Shown: in pieces, positions 53,991 through 64,000 of the stretch
Layout of the letters: each line of letters opens with the position of its first letter
Position numbering within the stretch: the first letter of the stretch is position 1
Source: Camelus ferus
Lineage: Eukaryota
DNA length: 64,000 nucleotides
Assembly: GCF_009834535.1 (NCBI RefSeq)
Contig: NC_045697.1
Span: 41,170,001-41,234,000, forward strand
Direction: 5' to 3'
Program-made: the position numbers and the translations under genes
The notes under the pieces: model-generated
What the model saw: only the letters and a program-made list of their open reading frames with translations
What the model was told of the DNA's origin: nothing
Database searches by the model: none

Positions 53991-55977
53991 GACCAACTGC
54001 TGCCTTTTTTTCCTGCTTGTTGTTCTCCTGGGCATCCAGACAAGCAAGGCGCTGCAATCTCCCTCTCACATTTCTCCTCTCACTCATCAGTGCCAGTCTC
54101 CACCTCACCATTTTAATTAATTATTTTTACTGGCTTTTCTATCCAGCTCCCCAGCATCCAATCCTGAACCTCAGAGAGGAGGCTTGGATTCTAACACTCG
54201 TGTCTAGTTCTTCTCAGCCTTATTTGGGGACAGACTATGATTTCCGGTATACCTGTTACCACCTGAATTTATAAATCATTAGAGGTCACAGCTAACACAG
54301 AAGCATGAACATCACCCTGAAGTCTAAATGCTGTGTCCTGTTCTGCCATTCTGGATGCTCGTATCCATTCAGACCAGAAAAGGGCTTGCTACACTTCTCC
54401 TCACCCCAAGCCACAGACTAACTCTACCCACTCTGTGACAGGGCAGCACAGAACAGAAAGTGGTGAAGGTGAAAGTAACCCCTAATTGCTGATCACTCTG
54501 AAATTAAGAGATTCAGTCACTCACCAGCACAATCAAGGTCATCAAAATCACTGCTCTGGTAAGAACTGTATCTTTCAACTTTTGCTTTACACAGTAGGCT
54601 TCTGTTTATTTGTTTTTACTGAACAGCTGAAGTATACCATTCTTTTAAGCCCTATGCATATTTAAACATAATGTTCTCAAAATTTTAAGTCATTTGCTCA
54701 TAGAGTCCACAGTATTACTGAGGAGATAAAATGTACTCATAAATAAGTACAAGATGGAAAGCATAAGGCATCTGAGAGAGAAAAAAGAATACAAAAGGGA
54801 ATTTAGAGGAAAGCAAAATTACTTCACTTCCAATGAAGAGAGAATTAATTTCTTTTTTTTTTTTATATGTAGCCCATTAAGATGAGTAAGATTTTTCTGT
54901 GGTTAAAGGGGAGATTCCAAAGAGAAGAAACAGCCAAAGCAAAGGCAAGGAAATTATTAAATTTGTACAAGGAACAGCAAAGGAACGATGGAGAACAGTA
55001 AGAAACAGAATTGCTAAGGTGGGTCATATTTTTGCTTGTTTAAAAAGACACGTACAAAAAAAAGACAAATATTTTTGCTGTTTTCTAATGTGATTCTTAA
55101 ATCTCTTGTAATAAAGCTAAAGCAGCTGTGACAACAAACTACATTGCTTTCAAATTTCCAAAACACACACATGCCATTTAAGTACTGCATTCTTTAGAAA
55201 ATAAGCCACAAAATATATTTTTCAATAATTATAAAGGTTATGTAAACCTTCAAGTGAGGAAATTAAGAGTTATCGCTCGCATCAGTCAAATTTGCCCTCC
55301 TTGTCTAACTAAAAGGAAGGAATTTAAAACAAATGTATTCATAATCCTTCAAAGAATGCTAACAAAAGAATATTTAAAAATGGAATTTCAGAAGCTTGTA
55401 ATTTGGTGTCCCATTAATGTTTTAGTTGTACGATGACTGTACTCAAGAATGCTATTATTATGAAAGAGTAAATCTGATGTGAACTGATTCCAGTACTCAA
55501 GAGATTCTACTTATAGACCTTTACCAACATTCCACAGAAAAAGTTGCTTCATCAAAATTTCAAGCAGTTAGAGGCAAAGTTAGAAATAAGCAGAAATCTG
55601 ATATGCAAAGAAACATCTTAGAGCTTCTTCCCAATGTTCCTTTAAACTAAGACCCCATGTACACATTCCTCCCTCCAGCCCAAGGGAATCTTACCATGTC
55701 CTTTCGGATGTCCCCTTCATTTTATTTTTTGGCCCTCCATTATGGTATAAAAATTAGAGAAATGACCTTATCATGTCATTGGTAAGGCAAAACTAATCAA
55801 AAGTATCAGGAAATCATTTATAGACTTAGAACAACAATGATATGGTTTTGACCTGAAAAGTTAAATATTAGAGTGCTTGGCAAAAATCTATGCAGAGGCC
55901 ACTGTTTCAAACTCTGAAGGATTTGATGAAGTTATTCTATGATACAGAATTCTCTCAAAAATTCAGTTCATAAGTGC

Positions 55978-55978
55978 A

Positions 55979-56017
<39 letters not shown>

Positions 56018-56026
56018 TATATATAT
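55978..56026. repeat. (AT)n(AC)n(AT)n compound microsatellite
   Basis: Directly visible in the sequence. Confidence 0.9.
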
Positions 56027-56574
56027 GCAGTGTTAAATAATCATTGGGTATAACAATGCACAAACAGAATAAAAAATGTGGTGTAGAGTATTTCCCCTCT
56101 ATTTTAACATTTTCTTGACAGTAAAGCTTTGTGATAAATTAAGATTCACTGGAAATTAAAGTCTATTCTCCAAATTGATTCCCAATTAAATTTTTAATTC
56201 CTCATACATTTTGTTACTAATTTTTAAAACTTCAGTTTCTCTAATACGAAATGCCAATCCCTTTTTGAAAATAAAATTGTGTATTATTATTGGAATTAAG
56301 ATATCTGTATAATGTAAACTGATAACGATAATCTCTTCAAAGACATTTTACATCATGCAAATTTCCTTGATGTAGCCAATCATTCAATAGCATTGAATAA
56401 ACCCCTTTAAGACTTTGGTCCTCAAGAACTTAGATTCTGATGTGGTAGTTCCCAGACTCTGCTAAGCTCACTCAGGAGACTTGGAAAGGTATCAGACAAA
56501 CTGCCAGCTTCATTTCATCCCTTTAAATATCTGACTTCATTAATTTAGTATTTGGTCTCATTTAATTAAGAAAG

Positions 56575-56805
56575 ACAGTAATGTGTAATATCAGGAGTGC
56601 AGACCGAAGCCAGAATCTCTGGGTTCATATTCTAGGTTTGACCTTTATAGCTTACATTGCGATCTTAAATAAATTACTTAGTCTCCCTGTGCCTCAATTT
56701 CCTCATCTGGATAGATAAGGCTGTTGTGAGGAATCATGGCAAAAGCATTTAGAAGTGTTCCCTGGCACACAGTAAGTACAATACAAAAGTACTAGCTATT
56801 ATTAT
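56575..56805 (+). mobile_element. MIR
   Basis: ctgtgcctcaatttcctcatctg...cctggcacacagtaagt...tagctattatt. Confidence 0.8.
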
Positions 56806-58752
56806 TTAATAAAACTTTTTCTCTGAAGATACCAGATGTAGACAATACATCTAAGAAAAGGTTTTACTTAAGTTTATCTTCAATCACCTATTTAACTTTT
56901 CCCCGCAATGGAAGACAAGGAGCATACCATACATGATAAGTACTGTTTCAGAATAACAGATCAACTTCCCAAATTGCCCTATTTTAGATCTTTGGGAATT
57001 TGCAGGGCACTTCTTCCCTAAATGTCATATTAGAAATATAGAAGATTTAAGGCACAAAGTATCCTAAACCACTAATTTTTTCTTCAGTTCTTGGGAAATA
57101 TACTTTCTATAAGTGTTCTACTTATTACATGAACAGATCCTAAATTTAGAAAAATTAGTTTAAAATTTTACAATCAAGGCAGTTTGTACTTATTGAGTAA
57201 CTACATGTGTGAAATTGGTTTTACTGTACCTAGTCATGATCTTTAGGTATAACATGAATTATTAGATGAAGAAATCTATTTGAATGTACACTTAACAACT
57301 ACAAGATCAGCATCAAGTTTTAGAAAATTTTATTTGTAAAAGAACCGAAAGCATTCTGATGGCAAAAAATTATGCAAACTTCTTATTCCAAATTGATATG
57401 AGTGTTTCTTCACTAGAAAAGGAAAGACACTTTTATTTCTTACTGATGACATTTACTCATACTCATTCTTTTCCTTTTTTCCTTCCTTCCTCCCTTTCCC
57501 CCTTTCTTTCTTTCACTACACACATGCAAGCCACTTATCCAAACCACAACCACTGGAATCTTGGTATGACCACTCATCAGTTAGGCTTCTAGTAGTTTTG
57601 TTTTGTTATGTACTTGCAAGACTTGAGAGAATTCCAAACCATGTATCTTGGTAACAAGACACTAATGAGATCTGAGTTTAACAAGAGTGATATATAGGCA
57701 ATCTGTATTACTAAAACTAAATTGATTATGACTGAAAGCAACAGGGCTTAAATGGCTGGACAATATGGATCTCTAAGAATTTGTCCTCTTTTTCAGCAAA
57801 CCTCCATGGCCACCTGATCCAAGCAGCAGCAAAGAAATAATAGCAGTTCTTTCCCCTTGTTCCTTGCATTCTTATCATACTCTGAGGAAATTGTTTATTC
57901 CTTTATTCCTTTGATGCATTCAGTTCCTCCTCTCAGATTTCCCTTGGTGTTCACCTTTCCCACAACCTTCTTTATCCTCAATAAAAACTGCACACCCCAA
58001 AATTACATGCCAAAATACTGAACAAAAATGCTTTTGTGACTCTGTTTTCACATACTTTTTCCAGAATATAAGTGGTTTAAGAATAGGAACTATAAACTTC
58101 CTAAGATCAGGTACAACACCATTATGATAATACAGTTGTAATACTTGAAAAAAAATGAATTTGTTTACAATTCTAACTCTAGACCACTGGTCCATGCCTG
58201 TTCCTTCTGCCCTGCTCTATGACAATAGCTTATCAATTTACATTTTGCTGGTTCTCCAAAAAGGTTATTTTGAATACCTATTATGAAGAAAAACAAAGTT
58301 TTCTTTCAACTTTCAAATACTAGGAATGCTAAATTATTCTCCAAGCAAATACTCTGGCTCTTTATTCTCCAGTCTTTATTACTTGTAGTTACACTTTCAA
58401 GTAGGATTCAAAGGAAGTGCCAGCTTTGTTAACTGGAATACTGCAACAAACTTATTTACAAAGTATCTGCCTTTGAGGGCTTCGGGGTAATTAAGAAAGC
58501 ACAGAGGCCTCCTGTCTCCTAAGTCACAGGACTTTCTGTGTGATTTCTGGAGACAAGGCTCAGGATTCTACACAGTGTTTTCTAAAAGCTTCCTGGGGAT
58601 CCGGATGGGCATACCAGCCTACCCAACACACAAGTAAGAACCAGTATCTTTATTAGAGACTATAAAAGGATAGCATAGTTCAACCAAGGTGCATCTTGAC
58701 CTTCTACCTGCCCCATTTCTATGTCAACTAACCGATACTTTAGAATATCATG

Positions 58753-58928
58753 AGGATAAACAAGTTTCTTCTGTAAAGCACAGGGGACTTATATTCAATA
58801 TCTTGCAATAACCTATAATGAAAAAGAATATGAAAGCGAATATATGTATGTATATGTATGACTGAAACATTATACTGTACACAAGAAACTGATAGATTGT
58901 AAACTGACTATACTTCAATAAAAAAATA
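58753..58928 (+). mobile_element. 5'-truncated L1 3' UTR
   Basis: ggataaacaag...agcacagggg...attcaatatcttg...gactatacttcaataaaaaa. Confidence 0.8.
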
Positions 58929-60876
58929 ATGAAAATATGGTAAGACAGAGTATGTACAACTCTATATCCTTCTCTAATGCTTTAAATTTTTTTCCACTTA
59001 CAAAGTCACAAATGAGGCATTTTACAAGAGATATGGCAAGACAGAAAGTGTTACGAGTAACTATTTTATCCAAATTGTAATAAAGTCATTTTGTATTAGA
59101 AAGGCAGAATGACTACCAGAAATAATTTTAGACTAGAAGTGAGACCTAAATAGTTCTTTTCTATTTATAAGAAAGAAAAGATGAATAAACAGCACCAAAC
59201 TAAGTATATCATTGACTACACATTTAGAAATAAATTGCCTTATCCAGCTAATAAAATTATTTTTATTTGGCTTTTTTCTATCTTGTTCCCAAAGTAAAGC
59301 AAACTACAAATGAACTTCCAATGCATTTTATTTCTTTCCTGACACTTCCTATAAAACCAATAAACAACTATATCGTCTCAAGCCTTGGGGTGAGTGCCTT
59401 TGATCTCCTCCGCACTGTCTGCTATGTGAATGTGGCATTAAGCATACAACCAGTACCTAGACGAGATCCTGGGATTAATATAAATTTTTATTTCCCCAAG
59501 GAGGGTCCAAACTTTGAGAGTAAAACTTTTTCTTATAATATTTTAGGCTGCAGACTTCTAAAAGGCAAATCTGCTTGAAGGTGGTTTCTTTCTCAAAATG
59601 CACCTATCATATCTTGTTTGACTACCCCATCCAAGCAGCTGTAAAAATGTTTCATCTTGAATGGTATAGTCTATTTAAAAACCTGCCTTCATTGTTAGTT
59701 TAACAATTTTGTCTAAGCAATTTCAGAACCAAGAGCTAAGTTTCTTAAAACACTGGCATTTCTGTTGCCACTTAACAACTTCGTAACAGCCTCTGTGGAT
59801 CACACATCTGCCATATTACATTTTGTTAGACAAAATAAACTATAATTGAGGTAACTAGCAATAGAAATAAGTTATATGGTAAAGACCCTTTATAAAGCAG
59901 CAGGTTTTGGGGTTTCCCCCTCCAATACAGACAAAGTTTCAAGTTAAAGGAGTTCTTCCACCCCTGCTAGCTACATAAAACCAGGGCAGGGGTGGAAGGG
60001 GAATACAAAATTTAAGACGATGAACTCAGCAACTTTTCTCTTTACTTTCAAGGACCTGGAATTTATACAAAGACTGAAAAACCAATAAATATCAAGGGTG
60101 ACTGTCATTTATTTCATTTTTGGAGAACTGGATGAAAAGGTCAATGAAAATGAATGATTTTTAGTTTCCAGAAGGAAGGAAATACACAGTGTTCCAGAGA
60201 GGACTTGCCTTTATGATGACATGATTCCACATAACCATGATTTGTAGCTGCTTATGAAAAATATTTTTGTTATCACAAATGCCATTCTCTGCAGCTCTTT
60301 AGCTATTACCCTCCTATTTACATTTTAAAGAAAGTTTCCTTTCCAAAGGGGAAGGGATGCTTATTTGAGTGGTAAACTATTCTATTTTTCAAAAAGCAGT
60401 ATTAGGATATATTTCCTGTAAAAATGTTAACCATGACTAATACACATCACCCCAAGAAAGAAAAAAATCTTAACCTGTTACTAAATGACACAAGGCATAA
60501 AATTCCATTCTGATTTCTATATATGAGAAAAGAAATATGAGAAGTAATTATAAAATGTTTTATTTAAAAAGCTTAGTTACATAATGTGGAAAAAATCTTA
60601 GTCAGAATGTTGAGTAAAATGAGTCATGTTCACTAAAGAATTCACACAGTATGGTTTTATTTATATAATGTTTAAAATCAGATTGCTTACAAACCTATCC
60701 ATGTGATATGTCATAATAATGATTACTCTTGGTAATCAAGAACCGATTAGGAGGAAGGATGAGCGGGCCATCCTGGGTGCTGGAAATGTTCTCTATCTTG
60801 ATCTAGGTGGTGGTTCTCTATGCGTGTGCACATTCACAAAATTCATCAGGCTGTACAATTAGGAATAATGCTTTTA

Positions 60877-61408
60877 AGCCATACATGGAAACAGTCTAAA
60901 TGTCCATCGACAGATGACTGGATAAAGAAGATGCAGTATATTTATACAATGGAATACTATTCAGCCATAAAAACCAACAACATAATGCCATTTGCAGCAA
61001 CATGGATGTCCCTGGAGAATGTCATTCTAAGTGAAGTAAGCCAGAAAGAGAAAGGAAAATACCATATGAGATCACTCATATGTGTAATCTTAAAAAAAAA
61101 AAAAAAAAAAAGAACATAAATACAAAACAGAAACAGACTCATAGACATAGAATACAAACTTGTGGTTGCCAAGGGGGAGGGGTGTGGGAAGGGACAGACT
61201 GGGATTTCAAAATGTAGAATAGATAAACAAGATTATACTGCACAGCACAGGGAAATATATACAAGATCTTACGGTAGCTCACAGTGAAAAAAAGGTGACA
61301 ATGAATATATATATATTCATGTATAACTGAAAAATTGTGCTCTACACTGGAATTTGACACAACACTGTAAAATGACTATAACTCAATAAAAAATGTTTAA
61401 AAAAAGAA
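60877..61408 (+). mobile_element. Young 5'-truncated L1 (ORF2 C-terminus plus 3' UTR) with TSD
   Basis: Translates WKQSKCPSTDDWIKKMQYIYTMEYYSAIK...FAATWMSLE (L1 ORF2 C-terminus); TSD aggaataatgctttta 60861-60876 / aagaataatgttttta 61409-61424. Confidence 0.9.
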
Positions 61409-61424
61409 AAGAATAATGTTTTTA

Positions 61425-61570
61425 GTGAGGGAGGGTATAGCTCAGTGGCAGGGTGCCTGCTTAACATGCTCATCGTTCTGGGTTCAAGCGCCAGTACCAC
61501 CATTAAAAATAAGTAAATAAACCTAATTACCCCCCCAACAATAATAATAACATTAAAAATGTTTTAAAAA
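61425..61570 (+). mobile_element. tRNA-derived SINE (vic-1-like), second copy
   Basis: gggagggtatagctcagtgg...ctgggttcaa...aaacctaattaccccccc; same architecture as the 27128 copy. Confidence 0.85.
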
Positions 61571-62379
61571 AAGAATGCTCTTTACTATATACATTATACC
61601 TCAATAGTTTTAAAAAATCCTTCTAAGTATTAAATTAAAACACTAAATACAGTAACATTACATTTGTCAGCAAGAATGGAGCTTCAAGCATAACCTGCAA
61701 CTTTCTCCTCTAAATATATGGCTCTTTGAATTTAGAAGATGGCCTGTTTGTCTACAGCCAGAGAATTTCAAATCAAAACACGTGTACTGACAGATTATGT
61801 GTGGGGGAGAGGTGGCACACTGCAAGTGCTTCATGTTCTTGTTAAACCCTCATTATTCGTTTCAAGAATGCTAGATATTAAATTAATGTCATGTTTTATA
61901 GTTTGTTTCCAGGGAACATGTTAGGTAATTTTATCCGGTTCAAACACATTTAACTTGAAGAACCTGTTAACTCTGGCCTTGCAAAGGCAGGGCAAGATGT
62001 GGCATGTCAAAGACAACTAATACACCCTGTTAATCAAGAAAATTATGGTCGTAAATAATTAGGAATGTAATATAAAGAGACTAGTTAGGATCTGTTCTTT
62101 TAAATTTGCATAGGCTATACAAAGATTTACTCAAAAGCTTTTAATCCACAAAAACTTCTGTATTTCTTATAAAGTCTTAAAAAACCAAACCAATTAGGAA
62201 GGCAATTTGAAGTTCAGTGCTTTGTCTCCCTTTTCCTGCATTAAGTGAGTTACTCTCCTTTGGTTCCATCAGACTGGAAGTTTCACATTTTCTTTTTGTT
62301 TTGTGATTATCCTTACAAACTTTAAGGATATTTGACTATGCAAACTCCAAAGTCAAAAAACCTGCCATTCTCATGAATA

Positions 62380-63725
62380 GATTCAAACCTTTAAGCTGTT
62401 TTTTAACTCCTATCACCTATCCCAGCCTAATTTTATTAATTTATTCATAATTTTAAATTTGACAACACTATTATTGATGTTTTATACAGCCAAACTTACT
62501 TAGATTTACCATCAAGTTATTGAATTCTTTTGCTTTCACTCCTTCCTGAAGCTTTCTTCTTCCATCAAAGTTCCCTTCTTCCTGAAATACACCTTTTAGT
62601 AATTTCCTCAGTGAGGGTTTGTTGATGGTAAATCCACCAAGTTTTCGTCTGAAAATGTTGATCTTTTTATTGAACCACATTAGGAGGACATTAAATTCTA
62701 TCTGCACTCTTCAGAATGGTAGTTGTTACCCACATACGGCTTTTAAGAACTTGAAATGTGGCTAACATAACTGAAGAAGTGAATTTTAAATTTATTTTAA
62801 TTTAAATTTTAAAATGAATGCTTAATCAATTAATGGAAAACTTTAAAAAGTATGCATGGAACAACTTGAGTACATAAACCCCACCTTTTCATCAGTACAT
62901 TTCATGAAATCTAAATATTTTTGAAGAAATTGAGAGTCTGAAGTGAGATGTGTTGTGAGTGTAAAACAGATTTTTACTCAGTATTAAAAAGTGTACTTAT
63001 TAATATCTTATACTGATTACATATTAAAATATTTTAATACACTGGATTAAGTACAATATACTATTAATTGCATCTAGTTCGTTTTAACCTTTTCGTAATG
63101 AGTCTCCTAGGTAATTCAAAATTATATGTTTTATGCATATTACATTTCCATTAGACAGTATTGTTCTAGGTTGAATTACATTCTTTATTTTTTCTTTTAA
63201 AAATAATTTTGAAGTATTCTTGTAGCAGTTTTAAGATGATATTCTATCAAATTATGATTCCACTGTTGCTGTTAAGAGGTCTGCTATTAGCCTAATTGTT
63301 TTTTCTCTTTGTGTCTTTCTGATTGATTTAAACATCTCTTTATTTGTTGTGTCCTCTACTTTCAAATCCATGAATCTAGGTGTGAATATATTTCTATTTA
63401 TTTTGACTGTGACTGAAGTTTCTAGAATATGAGGACATATATATTTCACCAATTCTCAAAAATTCTCAGCCATTACATTTCCACTTACTGTTCTGCCTCC
63501 CATTCTCTCTGGTTTTCCTTCTGGAACTCATATTAGAGGTACGTTGGACCTTCTCATTCAATCCTCCATGAACCTGAAGTTCCTTACACTTTTAATATCT
63601 AGGTGATCTTTTCATCACTGTTGTCTAATTTTCTCTTTAAAAAGAAAAGAGAATCTATATAATCTGTTGTTTAAGATCTCCACTGGGGTCCTAAATCCCA
63701 GTTACTGTGTATTTCATTTCTAGAT
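62380..63725 (-). mobile_element. Old L1 fragment (reverse) interrupted by a Charlie/MER33-like element at about 62705-63165
   Basis: gtctgaaaatgttgatcttt, aaaattctcagccatt, ccttctggaactc; the insert has cttgaaatgtggcta...aactgaagaagtgaattttaaattt and ends ttccattagacagtattg. Confidence 0.6.
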
Positions 63726-63758
63726 GTTTCATTTAATTTTTTTTTTTTTCATTCTGTC

Positions 63759-64000
63759 TGCCTTAACTTGCTAGGGCTGCCATTATAAATACCACAGACT
63801 AGGTGGCTTCAACAATGTAAGTTTATTTTCACACAGTTCTGGGGTGCAGAAGTCCAAGAGCAAGGTCCCAGCAAGGTTGGTTTCCTCCAAGGCCTTTATC
63901 CTTGCCTTGTAGGTGGCCATCTCCCTGTGTCTCCACATGGTCTTCCCTCTGTGCGTCTGTCCTAATTTCCCCTTCTTGTAAGGATACCAGTCATACTGAA
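63759..64000 (-). mobile_element. MLT1 (MaLR) LTR, runs off the window end
   Basis: gctagggctgccattataaataccacagactaggtggctt...cacagttctgg...aagtccaag. Confidence 0.85.

Larger units (their letters stand above)
1..64000 (-). other. PTPN13: PTPN13 gene body (internal part, introns 2-15; both ends outside the window)
   Basis: 13 ordered minus-strand exons whose spliced translation matches the PTPN13 N-terminal region (KIND, linker, FERM) as I recall it; all phases join correctly apart from the exon 5 indel. Confidence 0.97.

Noticed and set aside
60820..61360. ORFs of 99, 71 and 73 aa
   Set aside because: L1 ORF2 C-terminal remnant and antisense L1 3' UTR frames.
1..64000. CRISPR array, operon or prokaryotic defence system
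   Set aside because: No regularly spaced repeat-spacer array or dense ORFs; the window is eukaryotic intron-exon sequence.

Overview
Mammalian genomic DNA, AT-rich and repeat-dense, lying entirely inside one gene: PTPN13 (FAP-1/PTP-BAS/PTPL1) on the minus strand. I traced 13 consecutive coding exons with AG/GT boundaries and compatible phases. They match human exons 3-15 (numbering from my recall of the human gene) and encode most of the KIND domain, the linker and the N-terminal part of the FERM domain. The start codon lies beyond 64000 and the PDZ/phosphatase exons lie before position 1. Introns hold old repeats (L2, MIR, L1M, MER DNA transposons, MLT LTRs) and younger L1 3' fragments and tRNA-derived SINEs that resemble camelid vic-1, so the source may be an alpaca, llama or camel (inference). 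No prokaryotic system, CRISPR array or independent novel ORF is supported. The main anomalies are: (1) a +1 frameshift in exon 5, either an assembly error or a recent null allele; (2) a candidate in-frame 6-nt microexon (GAACAG) in intron 3 with a perfect donor and an SRRM4-type UGC; (3) an exon 10 acceptor apparently shifted by 3 nt; (4) cryptic-exon candidates; (5) an L1 and a SINE stacked at one target site. Repeat boundaries and subfamily names are by eye and approximate.
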